Shown piece by piece: positions 51,738 to 60,341 of a stretch of DNA of 64,000 bases (positions are counted from its first letter, which is position 1; each line of letters opens with the position of its first letter). Both the position numbers and the translations under genes were made by a program. This stretch comes from an uncultured Gemmatimonadales bacterium. GTDB lineage: Bacteria; Gemmatimonadota; Gemmatimonadetes; Gemmatimonadales; Gemmatimonadaceae. The DNA lies in assembly GCA_963851265.1 (NCBI GenBank), contig CAWKNZ010000002.1:1696001-1760000 (forward strand), read 5' to 3'. The notes under the pieces are model-generated. The model made no database searches. It was not told the DNA's origin and saw only the letters and a program-made list of their open reading frames with translations.

Positions 51738-51908
51738 GCGGGCGGCAGGAGCGGGAGGTCACGCGACGGGGGCGCGCGGCCGGCGTAATCTCGCGCGTCG
51801 GCCGGGGGGGTGCCAGCGCACCGCGCGGCGGCCGCGCGTGCGCGCGCGCCGCGCGCCGTGTAGCGTACCGGCGTACGTCCGTCGTCCGCTCGCGTCTCCG
51901 GCTCGCCC

Positions 51909-52910
51909 ATGCGTTGGTTCACGCCGCCCGTCGTCAGATCCCGGCCCGCGTACGCGGTCTCGCGCGCGCTCGCACGCGCGCGCACCGTCGCGCCGGCCAC
52001 GCTCGTGCTGTTCGCGGCCGACGCATGCGACAATCGCGTCGCGGACGCTCCCGGCGTCGGCGGCGTGATCGACCGCCCCGTCGCGGTGCTCGCCGCCTCG
52101 TCGACCGACGTGACGACGACCGAGTTGTACCTCGTCAGCGAGAACGGTGGGACGTCGATCCGGGTCCCCACTTTCACCGGGGCCAAGTGGCAGGTGCGCT
52201 GGTCGGGCGACGGTCGCCGGCTGGCGCTCACCGGGAACACGCTCGACTCGCGCTCCGACCGCGTCGCCTTCACCTCGGACGTGTGGGTAATGAACGCCGA
52301 CGGATCGGGGCTGCGGCAGATCACGCGCGATGGGGTGTCCGGATCGGCCACGTGGCTCGCCGACGGGCGGCTGGTCTACGTCTACGCAGCGCCAAACCAG
52401 GGATTGCAGTGGTTCGCGGTGCCGGCGACGGGCGGGCCAGCCCTACCCCTCACGCTGCGCCAGGGCGCGCCCGTCTACACGCCCGATTGGTCGCGGACGG
52501 CTCCGCAGATGAGCTTCAACGACGACACCACGATCTTCACCGCGGCGGTCGACGGCTCCGCCGAGCGCGCGATCGCCGGCGGGACGCTTCCGCGGTGGTC
52601 GCCGTCGGGCGACCGGATTGCCTACCTGGGACGCCAGGACGGCGGGCCGAAGCTGTTCGTGATCTCGCCCGTCGCGCGGGCGCGTCCCGTGGTCGTCGTG
52701 CCCGACCTCACGGCGTTCGCGGGCGGCTTCACGTGGTCGCCGGACGGCACCCGCATCCTCTGGATCCGGAACACGGCGGCCGGGACGGAGGCGGTGGTCA
52801 GCCAGGCGAACGGATCCGGCGCGCCGACCACGTTCGTCCAGCGCGGGCCTAACGTGACCGCGTACGACGTCGACGTCGACTGGCGTCCGACACCGCTTCC
52901 GGTTCCGTAA
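51909..52910 (+). CDS. TolB-like (PD40 repeat) beta-propeller protein
   Basis: Repeated WSGDG / WSPSG / WSPDG, VWVMNADGSGLRQIT; start uncertain. Confidence 0.75.
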   Translation: MRWFTPPVVRSRPAYAVSRALARARTVAPATLVLFAADACDNRVADAPGVGGVIDRPVAVLAASSTDVTTTELYLVSENGGTSIRVPTFTGAKWQVRWSGDGRRLALTGNTLDSRSDRVAFTSDVWVMNADGSGLRQITRDGVSGSATWLADGRLVYVYAAPNQGLQWFAVPATGGPALPLTLRQGAPVYTPDWSRTAPQMSFNDDTTIFTAAVDGSAERAIAGGTLPRWSPSGDRIAYLGRQDGGPKLFVISPVARARPVVVVPDLTAFAGGFTWSPDGTRILWIRNTAAGTEAVVSQANGSGAPTTFVQRGPNVTAYDVDVDWRPTPLPVP

Positions 52911-53322
52911 CGTCGGTTCGCCGCGGCCCGGCGGTCGCCGCCGGGGCACTCGGCGCCCGGGCACTCGGCGCCCGGACACTGGACGGTCGAGCGGCCGCGG
53001 GTTGGTCGGCCCACCACGCGGCGTACGGCGTGTTGCGCGCGAGGTGACGATTCCAGTCCGGCGCGCCGTCGTCCCACCAGACCGCGCCGCGCTCGCCGAG
53101 TCCGACCTTGGCCGCGTTCACCTCGGCGCGCGCGTTGCGGAGTGCGTCGGCGTCACCACTCCCGAGCGCGGCGCGCACGCCGCGGCGCGCGCGCATCAAC
53201 GCGTCGACGAGTCGGTCGCGTTCGGCGGGCGGCAGCGCGGGGTTGCTCGCCCGCCACAGCCGCCCGCGTACCACGAGGTAGCGACCGTCAGGCGTGAAGA
53301 GAGGCGCGGCGGACGTCGACAC
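52849..53322 (-). CDS. Conserved-type hypothetical protein
   Basis: TPDGRYLVVRGRLWRASNP...LMRARRGV...AKVGLGERG.VWWDDGAPDWNR...NTPYAAWW; GTG start inferred; low-complexity tail. Confidence 0.65.
   Translation of the reverse strand: MSTSAAPLFTPDGRYLVVRGRLWRASNPALPPAERDRLVDALMRARRGVRAALGSGDADALRNARAEVNAAKVGLGERGAVWWDDGAPDWNRHLARNTPYAAWWADQPAAARPSSVRAPSARAPSAPAATAGPRRTDVTEPEAVSDASRRRRRTRSR
52944..52980. repeat. 15-bp tandem repeat x2.5
   Basis: gggcactcggcgccc x2 followed by ggacact. Confidence 0.75.
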
Positions 53323-53420
53323 GAGCTTCGCGCGTGAGCGGAAGGACGGCGCAGAAACGCGAACCGACCGGCGCCTTCCCGCGTGCGCGATGCGCACGTG
53401 CGGGGTGGGCGACCGGTCGG

Positions 53421-53522
53421 GTACTCCAGGTCTGACGGAGCAACGCAAGACACCACACGGCGCTGCTACCTGCGGGGTCCTGACGCGGTTAGCGGGCTTA
53501 CGCCCTCCGGGACCTGGAGCAT
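53421..53522 (-). ncRNA. ffs: Signal recognition particle RNA (4.5S, small bacterial SRP)
   Basis: Minus strand reads CTCCAGGTC...AACCGCGTCAGGACCCCGCAGGTAGCAGCG...GACCTGGAG: closing stem plus the domain-IV TCAGG...AGCAG motif; upstream of dnaX. Confidence 0.85.
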
Positions 53523-53526
53523 TCGT

Positions 53527-53555
53527 ATGATAACGCGCGCTTCCGGCTGGGACAA
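53527..53555 (-). promoter_or_regulatory. Sigma-70 promoter of ffs
   Basis: TTGTCC-N17-TATCAT directly upstream of the SRP stem. Confidence 0.7.
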
Positions 53556-53590
53556 CGGCGCGGGAGCGGACGCGACACGCGTTCCCGGCG

Positions 53591-54670
53591 TCAGACCGCG
53601 TGCAACGCGGCGCCTGCGGCTTCCTCCAGCGCCCGGGCGACGACCTCGCCCGCGCGGCGCGCGCCGGCGTCGTCGACGTCCAGGTGCGTGACCAGCCGCA
53701 CGCGCGTCGGCGACCACACCGACACGCGCACGCCGTCGGCCGCCGCGCGCGCCGCGACGTCTGCCGCGACCGGCGCAGGCAGGTCGATCATCACGATGTT
53801 GCTCTGCGGTGGCACCACGCTCGCACCGCCCGCGCCGTCGACGGCGTCGGCGATGCCACGTGCACGGGCGTGGTCGTCCGCGAGCCCCGCGTAGTGGTGG
53901 TCGAGCCCGTGCAGTGCGGCCGCCGCGAGAATCCCCGCCTGGCGCATGCCACCCCCCATGCGCTTGCGCGTGACCCACGCGTCACGCAGCGCGTCCTCGC
54001 TCCCCGCGAGCACCGCGCCGACGGGGGCGCCGAGCCCCTTGGAGAACGCGACCATCACCGTGTCTGCGTGGCGCGCGAAGTCGGCCGGCTCGGCGTCGCT
54101 CGCGACAGCGGCATTCCACAGGCGCGCGCCGTCGAGGTGTACTGGCAAGCCCGCCGCACGCGCGACCTCGGCGATCGCGCCGAGCGCGTCGGGTGGGGTG
54201 ACGACGCCACCCGCGCCGTTGTGCGTGTCCTCGGCGCAGACGAGCGACGCGCGCGGGGCGTGCTGCGACGGGGGGCGGATGGCCGCCGAGAGCGCGTCCG
54301 CGTCAAAGACGAGGCGACCGGCGGCGGGTGCTACGGGGCGGATCTGCACGCCCGCGAGCGCGGCGAGCCCTGCGTGCTCCCAATGGACGAGGTGCGCGCC
54401 GGCGTCGAGCAGCACCTCGGTGCCACGCTCGGCCAGGAGCCACACCGCGGCCTGGTTGGCCATCGTCCCGCTCGGAAAGAAGAACGCGCGCTCCTTGCCG
54501 AGCAGCTCGCAGGTGCGCGCCTCGAGCCGTCGCACGGTCGGATCGCCGTCTAGCACGTCGTCGCCGACCTCGGCGTCGGCCATCGCGCGGCGCATGGCGG
54601 CCGTGGGCCGCGTGACGGTGTCGCTGCGCAGGTCGACCGGCGCGCTCGTGGGGATCCCGTTGGTGGTCAT
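53591..54670 (-). CDS. ltaE: Low-specificity L-threonine aldolase
   Basis: DLRSDTVTRPT, VGDDV, SGTMANQ, HLDGARLWNA, FSKGLGAPVG, GGGMRQAG. Confidence 0.92.
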   Translation of the reverse strand: MTTNGIPTSAPVDLRSDTVTRPTAAMRRAMADAEVGDDVLDGDPTVRRLEARTCELLGKERAFFFPSGTMANQAAVWLLAERGTEVLLDAGAHLVHWEHAGLAALAGVQIRPVAPAAGRLVFDADALSAAIRPPSQHAPRASLVCAEDTHNGAGGVVTPPDALGAIAEVARAAGLPVHLDGARLWNAAVASDAEPADFARHADTVMVAFSKGLGAPVGAVLAGSEDALRDAWVTRKRMGGGMRQAGILAAAALHGLDHHYAGLADDHARARGIADAVDGAGGASVVPPQSNIVMIDLPAPVAADVAARAAADGVRVSVWSPTRVRLVTHLDVDDAGARRAGEVVARALEEAAGAALHAV

Positions 54671-54675
54671 CCCGG

Positions 54676-54704
54676 AAAACAAAGGGCGCCCACAAGGGGC
54701 GCCC
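54676..54704 (-). terminator. Rho-independent terminator after the small lipoprotein gene
   Basis: Minus strand GGGCGCCC-CTTGT-GGGCGCCC-TTTGTTTT. Confidence 0.75.
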
Positions 54705-54728
54705 GGTGCGGTAATGGTGCGGCCGCGA

Positions 54729-55007
54729 TTACGGCTGCTTGGCAGGGTTGATCGTGGGCACCTTCACCGCCGTCTTTTTCGTGCCCACCACCGGCCGGTT
54801 GACGATCAGCGTGTCGGGCTTCGTGCCGACGACAGGGGTGTTGATCGAGTCGGTCTTGGTTCCGACCGTGGGCGTCGTCACCGTCGTGGTCTTGGTGTCG
54901 ACGCTGACGTCGGGCGTCTTGACCTGGTACTGGCCGTCTCCGGTCTTGGTGCACGCGCCGAGGGCGGCCGTGGCGGCGAGAGTCAGGGCGAGGGCGAGTG
55001 TACGCAT
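54729..55007 (-). CDS. Small Thr/Val-rich lipoprotein with internal repeats
   Basis: GGAGA RBS; lipobox LGAC; three P(T/V)VGTK repeats. Confidence 0.75.
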   Translation of the reverse strand: MRTLALALTLAATAALGACTKTGDGQYQVKTPDVSVDTKTTTVTTPTVGTKTDSINTPVVGTKPDTLIVNRPVVGTKKTAVKVPTINPAKQP

Positions 55008-55053
55008 GATTAGTCTCCGGGGGCTGGACGTTCGTGGTGGCGTCCAACCTAAT

Positions 55054-55070
55054 GGCAACCTCCGAGCCAA
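55054..55070 (-). promoter_or_regulatory. Putative sigma-54 promoter of the small lipoprotein gene
   Basis: Minus strand TTGGCTCGGAGGTTGCC (TGGC-N7-TTGC), about 50 bp before the ATG. Confidence 0.55.
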
Positions 55071-55137
55071 AGGCCCAGCTCCCTTGTGCCTCGCGTCCCG
55101 TCGTACGCCCGCAGCGGCTGGGCCGAGCGCGATGCGC

Positions 55138-55986
55138 TCAGTCCTCCAGCACCGCGCGCTGGATGCGGCGCACGTGCCGCAACTCGAACACCTGCGCTAC
55201 CTCGCCGCCGAGAATAAAAACGATCGACGCATAATACACCCAGAAGACGATGATCACGAACGCGGCGAGCGTGCCCGTATACAGGGACCCCGGGTTGAAC
55301 GACCGCACGTACGCGGAGAACACCATCTTCGCGACCTCCAGGAGCGCGCCGGCGAACGCCGCCGCGAGGAGTGCCGTCTTCCAGCGAATGCCTCGGTTAG
55401 GCAACGTCTTGTACAGACCGAAGAACATCGCCGTGATGAACGAGAACGCGACGAGGCGCCCGACCGAGTATTCGAGGCCGCCCATCACGTCGCCGCGCAC
55501 GCCCATGTTGATGAGCACGCGCACGCCCGACGACGTCGCGAGGCTGAGGTACGCCGACAGCGCGGTGTAGGCGACGACGAGCACCGTCGAGACCACGGTC
55601 ACCTGGACGTCGAACAGCTTGCCGGCCACGATCCCGCGCTCCTGGTCGATGTCGAACACCTCGGCCAGCACCGAGCGCAGTGACCCGAAGAGCCGCGTCG
55701 AGAACCAGATGAACGACACCGCCGACACGAGCCCGACGCGTCCTCGCGTGCGGATCGCGTCGGCGATCACCGAGCGGAGCAGGTCGGTGCCCGTTCCGAG
55801 GCCGCCGGGGAGCAACCGGTCGAGCAGCGCCGACACCTGCGTCGTGGACGCGTCGGCGGTCTGCCCGAGCACGTACGCGATGCCGGTCACGAGCAGGAGC
55901 GCGAACGGGACCACGGCCAGGAGGATGTTGAACGCGATCCCGCCGGCGAGGAAGAAGATGTCGTCGTCGCCGGAGTTGTCCCACAC
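55138..55986 (-). CDS. YihY/virulence factor BrkB family membrane protein
   Basis: AGGIAF..LL...P, LYKTLPN, YTGTLA, WVYY...FILGGE; the true start is probably upstream. Confidence 0.85.
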   Translation of the reverse strand: MWDNSGDDDIFFLAGGIAFNILLAVVPFALLLVTGIAYVLGQTADASTTQVSALLDRLLPGGLGTGTDLLRSVIADAIRTRGRVGLVSAVSFIWFSTRLFGSLRSVLAEVFDIDQERGIVAGKLFDVQVTVVSTVLVVAYTALSAYLSLATSSGVRVLINMGVRGDVMGGLEYSVGRLVAFSFITAMFFGLYKTLPNRGIRWKTALLAAAFAGALLEVAKMVFSAYVRSFNPGSLYTGTLAAFVIIVFWVYYASIVFILGGEVAQVFELRHVRRIQRAVLED

Positions 55987-56045
55987 GCGTCGGACGTAGT
56001 CGCCGAGCGTGCGCCCCGCGCGAACTCGAAGCGGAGGCCGGGCGG

Positions 56046-56513
56046 TCAGCCGTCGAGGCCGTCGTCGTCGGGCGGCTCGTAACCGCCGGGCGCCACGCCG
56101 GCGCCGGCCTGATACGCCGCCTTGGTCTCCGCGATGCGGCGCTCCAGGTCGTCCCGCGCCTGCGCCGCGGCGACGCGCCCGGCCTCGACGGCGCGTTGCA
56201 CCTGTCGCCGCTTGAACTCGACCGCGTCGCGCGCGCGGTCGACGCGGTCGACGACCGCGGTTCGCGCGCGGTCGATCTGTCCGGTCACGCCGGCGGAGAC
56301 GTCGTCGGCGAGGCCCTGCGCGCGCCGGCGCGCCTCGTCACCGGCCGTCTGTGCGCGGCGCGAGAGCTGGCGGCGCGTGTCGCGCCCCGCCTGCGGCGCG
56401 AGGAGGAGCGCGGTGGCCGCGCCGAGGCCGAGCCCGAGGAGGAACGAGCCGACGCCGGCGCTGTGCTTCTCGATGACGACGACGCGCTCGTCGTCGTGCG
56501 GGTAGTGACGCAT
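56046..56513 (-). CDS. YtxH domain protein
   Basis: FLLGLGLGAATALLLAPQAGRDTR followed by coiled coil. Confidence 0.82.
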   Translation of the reverse strand: MRHYPHDDERVVVIEKHSAGVGSFLLGLGLGAATALLLAPQAGRDTRRQLSRRAQTAGDEARRRAQGLADDVSAGVTGQIDRARTAVVDRVDRARDAVEFKRRQVQRAVEAGRVAAAQARDDLERRIAETKAAYQAGAGVAPGGYEPPDDDGLDG

Positions 56514-56537
56514 GGCAGGCAGAGGACGGGAGCGCGG

Positions 56538-58127
56538 TCAGGTCGCCTTACGGCCGCGCGCGACCACGGGGGTCTTGGTCAGCTTTCCGACCGGCGACGA
56601 CGCGTCGACCGGCAGCACGACCGGAGGCGGGAGCGTCGCGGCGCGGGTCTGGGGTGCGTCGTCACGAATGGCCGCGTGCGAAGCGGTGCCGTCGACGGGT
56701 GGCGCATCGTCGGGCGAGTCGACCGCGGGGTCGACCGTCGGTTCGACGGCCGCCGCGCCGCCGCGGCGTTCGAGCATCGACAGCATCTCGGTGCGCACCT
56801 CGGCCACGGTGAGTCCCGCCTCGCGCGCGGCGCGCTCGAGGTCACCGCCCGCGGCGGCCAGCGCCTTGACGACGATCTGGCGGCGCGCCTCGGGCAGGCT
56901 GTTGGGCCCGAGCGTGACCGTGATCGTCGTGCTCGCGTCGGCCGACATGCGGTGGCGACGCGACACGAGGTCGTCCACCGTGACGCGCGGGCCGCGCGTC
57001 ATGATGACGGCCTTCTCTACGGCGTTGCGCAACTCGCGGACGTTGCCGGGCCACGAGTAGCTGTTGATCCAGTCGAGCGCGGCGTCGTCGAAGCCCTCGA
57101 GCTTCTTGCCGTTCTGCTTCGCGAACGTGGCCAGAAACTCCTTCGCGATGAGCTGCACGTCGGCACCGCGCTCGCGCAGCGGCGGCAGATCGATCTCGAC
57201 CACCGCGAGGCGGTAGAACAGGTCCTCGCGAAGTTCGCCGTCGGCGATCGCCTTCTGCAGGTCCTTGTTGGTCGCCGCGACGATCCGGATGTCGACGGGG
57301 ATCTCCTTCTTGCCGCCGAGCCGGCGCACCATGCGCGACTCGAGGGCGCGCAGAAGCTTGACCTGAATGTCGGGCGGCATCTCGGCCACCTCGTCGAGGA
57401 AGATCGTGCCGCCCGATGCCTCCTCGAACGCGCCCGGCTTCTCGTTGGTCGATCCCGTGAACGCGCCCTTCTCGTGCCCGAAGAGCAGGTTCTCGAGAAT
57501 CTCCTTCGGAAGCGCGGCACAGTTGAGCGGGTAGAACACGTTGCGCGCGCGATCACTCTTCTTGTGCAGCGCCTTCGCGACGAGCTCCTTGCCCGTGCCG
57601 CTCTCGCCGAGAATGAGCACGGACGCCATCGACGGAGCGACGCGCTCGATCATCTGGTAGACGGCCTGCATCGGCTCGCTCTGCCCGACCATCTCGCCGA
57701 AGCGCGTGAGCGTCTCGAGCTTGGTCTCCAGCTCCTCGTTCTTCTGCTGCAGCTGCGCGCGTTCGAGCGCCTTCGGGATGAGCGCCTTCAGCTTGGCGAG
57801 GTTGATCGGCTTCTCGAGGAAGTCGTACGCGCCCTGGCGCATGGCCTCGACCGCGAGGTCGACTGACCCCGCGCCCGTGATCATGATGACCTGGGCCTGG
57901 TGCTTGCGCTGCCGGAGTTCGGTGAGCAGCGACATGCCATCGAGCTTGGGCATGTTCTGGTCGGCGAGGACGACGGCGTAGGCGTCGCCCCCAGGCCCGG
58001 TGAGCAGGTCCAAGGCTTTCTGCCCATCCACGGCGCTGTCGACTGTGTAGCCTTCAGCTTCCAGGATCGCGGTGAGCGGAACGACCGACTTCTGCTCGTC
58101 GTCGGCGATTAGGAGTTTGGGCGACAT
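56538..58127 (-). CDS. Sigma-54-dependent response regulator (NtrC family)
   Basis: REC domain (LLIADDE, DQNMP), GESGTGKE, GAFTGS, FLDEVAE, WPGNVREL. Confidence 0.92.
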   Translation of the reverse strand: MSPKLLIADDEQKSVVPLTAILEAEGYTVDSAVDGQKALDLLTGPGGDAYAVVLADQNMPKLDGMSLLTELRQRKHQAQVIMITGAGSVDLAVEAMRQGAYDFLEKPINLAKLKALIPKALERAQLQQKNEELETKLETLTRFGEMVGQSEPMQAVYQMIERVAPSMASVLILGESGTGKELVAKALHKKSDRARNVFYPLNCAALPKEILENLLFGHEKGAFTGSTNEKPGAFEEASGGTIFLDEVAEMPPDIQVKLLRALESRMVRRLGGKKEIPVDIRIVAATNKDLQKAIADGELREDLFYRLAVVEIDLPPLRERGADVQLIAKEFLATFAKQNGKKLEGFDDAALDWINSYSWPGNVRELRNAVEKAVIMTRGPRVTVDDLVSRRHRMSADASTTITVTLGPNSLPEARRQIVVKALAAAGGDLERAAREAGLTVAEVRTEMLSMLERRGGAAAVEPTVDPAVDSPDDAPPVDGTASHAAIRDDAPQTRAATLPPPVVLPVDASSPVGKLTKTPVVARGRKAT

Positions 58128-58198
58128 AGCCGAAGAATAACCGATAGGAGTACGTCGGCGCGCGCGGCGCCCCGAAGTAGTTCGTGTGCTGCGTCGCG

Positions 58199-58774
58199 CT
58201 ACACGGACGGAAACACGAGCGAGTTCGCAACGCGCTCGGAGCGAACGTGGATCCCGACGCGCGCCCACGTGGCCACGGTGGATTCGGCGAACGCGACCGT
58301 GTCCGCGGCAACGACGGTGAGCGTCGGCGTCGGCTCGGCCACGATCACGCATTCGACCGCGGCGGCCTGCGCCACCGTCGCCGCGGCGAGCAGCCCCGCC
58401 ACCGCGGCACGGACGCCCGTGGCAGGAGCGCCCGTCCGCGCCGGCGCATCCCCGGCAACCACGAGCGACCCGCCGCGCGCGCGCACGCCGGGGCCGAGTA
58501 GGGCGGCAACCTGGTCGGTCACTTCGCGGACGTCGCACGCGCCGGCGAGCGGCGCGCGCGCCAGCGCCATCAGCGGTCGCACCAGCGCGATGACCTCGTC
58601 ATGCGCCGAGGCCGCCGCCGACGCGAACGGCGCGACGCGGCCGGCGTCGGAACCGGCCACCGCTCGCAGCCGCGCGACCTCAAGATTCATGGCGACGGCG
58701 TTCAGCGCGTTGTTCACCTCGTGCGCGGCGCGGTGGACGAGCACCTCGTACGCGCGGTGCCAGCACGCCACCAA
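58199..58774 (-). CDS. Histidine-kinase-like protein (H-box present, ATP-binding domain degenerate)
   Basis: RAAHEVNNALNAVAMNLE H-box; no N/G1/F/G2 boxes; start uncertain (58774 TTG or 58828 CTG). Confidence 0.6.
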   Translation of the reverse strand: MVACWHRAYEVLVHRAAHEVNNALNAVAMNLEVARLRAVAGSDAGRVAPFASAAASAHDEVIALVRPLMALARAPLAGACDVREVTDQVAALLGPGVRARGGSLVVAGDAPARTGAPATGVRAAVAGLLAAATVAQAAAVECVIVAEPTPTLTVVAADTVAFAESTVATWARVGIHVRSERVANSLVFPSV

Positions 58775-58824
58775 CTCGGGGTCGGGCGGCGGCGCACTGG
58801 CACTCCCGACGTCGTTGCGCGACG

Positions 58825-60246
58825 TCAGTCGCTCAGGTCCGCGTCGTCCGGCGCGGCCTCGACAGCGGGCCGACCGTCGACCGGCACCTGCCGGTGAAGG
58901 TGCGGCGGCTTCACGAACCGGTCGACGTACCGCTTGGTGTCGCCGACCGCGAGCTGCGTGAAGAGGAAGCCGAATTTCTCGTCGTACATCGCGGCCATCT
59001 CCGCCTTCACCTCGGCCGGAAGGTCCCAGAGGCGGCGCTTGAACGGACCGATCGCCTTCTTCCGCGACTTGTAGTAGAACTGGTCGTCGGTGTCGGTCGG
59101 CTTGCGTTCGTCCTTCGCGTTCACGTCGAGCCACGCGTACATCTCCCGCCGCAGGTCCTCCGGCAGGCGGTCGTACATCATGTTCTGGAAGTTGGTCGCG
59201 AGGTGGATTTCGGCCGTCTCGACCTTCGGGAACTGGTCGAACTCCGCGTCAGGGAGGGTCGACGCGCCGTGCTGTACCGCTCCAGCCATCCCGTACTCGT
59301 CCCGTGCGATCTCGCCAAGGCGGTGCAGCACCTCGAGGTCGAGCTTGACCTCCTTCAGTGAGCCGTCGGGGAGCACCGTGCCGCCGTGCGACGTGCCGCT
59401 CTGCACCGAGATCTTCGCGAGCCCGGCCATCCCGGGCGCCGTCTCGGCCAGCACCTGGTTGAAGCCCTTCATGTAGGCGTGCAGCTCCTCCGGCGTCGAG
59501 TTCTCCGTGCCGACCTCGCCGATCTCGCCGCCCAGGGAGATCGTCACGCCCGGCGGCTGGAGGCCCCGCACGTGCCGCGCGAGCTCGACGGCCGTCTCGT
59601 AGTTCACGCGCTGCTGCTCGTCGAGCGACTGGTACGAGAGGTCGACGAGGGTCGAGGTGTCGATGTCGATGTTGTAGAAGCCGGCGTGCACCGCCTCGGT
59701 GGCGAGTTGCTTGACGCCGTCGACCTCGGTCTTCGGGTCGACCGCGAACTTCTTCGCGTTGACCTGGAAGTGGTCGCCCTGGATGAAGAGCGGCCCGCGG
59801 AACCCCTCGCGCAGCGCGGCGCCGATGAGGACGGACACGTACTCGGCCGGGCGCTGGTCGGTGTAGGCGATCTCGGAGCGGGCGATCTCGAGGATGAACG
59901 CTCCGGCGTTCATCTTCACGGCGGTACGGAAGATGGCGCGCGCGGTGTCGTACGTCGCCACGCGGACGTTGATGGCGGGCACGGTGAAGCCGCGCACCTC
60001 GCCGCGTCCGCGGGCCAGGTACAGGTCGTAGATCGACGCGGGGCGCACGCCCACCGCCTGGCCGATCTCCCAGAGGAGCCAGCGCGCGTACTCGCGCTCC
60101 TGCCCCTCCGAGAACACGGCCGCGCGCACGAGCGCGTCGATGCGGTCGCTCGCGAGTGCCGACTCGTCGGTGACGGTGACGTGCCCGTCGCGGACCGCGA
60201 CGGCGCCCTGCAGGTAGTCCGCCTCGGGGGCGATTTGTGTGGTCAT
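58825..60246 (-). CDS. Class II fructose-bisphosphate aldolase family protein
   Basis: FTVPAIN, QGDHFQ, GEIGEVG, GTSHGG, VQHGAS; glycolytic gene context. Confidence 0.85.
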   Translation of the reverse strand: MTTQIAPEADYLQGAVAVRDGHVTVTDESALASDRIDALVRAAVFSEGQEREYARWLLWEIGQAVGVRPASIYDLYLARGRGEVRGFTVPAINVRVATYDTARAIFRTAVKMNAGAFILEIARSEIAYTDQRPAEYVSVLIGAALREGFRGPLFIQGDHFQVNAKKFAVDPKTEVDGVKQLATEAVHAGFYNIDIDTSTLVDLSYQSLDEQQRVNYETAVELARHVRGLQPPGVTISLGGEIGEVGTENSTPEELHAYMKGFNQVLAETAPGMAGLAKISVQSGTSHGGTVLPDGSLKEVKLDLEVLHRLGEIARDEYGMAGAVQHGASTLPDAEFDQFPKVETAEIHLATNFQNMMYDRLPEDLRREMYAWLDVNAKDERKPTDTDDQFYYKSRKKAIGPFKRRLWDLPAEVKAEMAAMYDEKFGFLFTQLAVGDTKRYVDRFVKPPHLHRQVPVDGRPAVEAAPDDADLSD

Positions 60247-60341
60247 GGCTGAAAAGGGTCGGGGGAGCGCACGGCCGGGCCGAATCCGGAATCTCGGGAC
60301 GCCCCGGCGCGGATGCTAGGCGGGGGCCGGCCGCGACGCGG

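Noticed and set aside
16872..52980. CRISPR array suggested by the short direct repeats
   Set aside because: The repeats are 14-15 bp, contiguous, have no spacers, and no cas genes are present.
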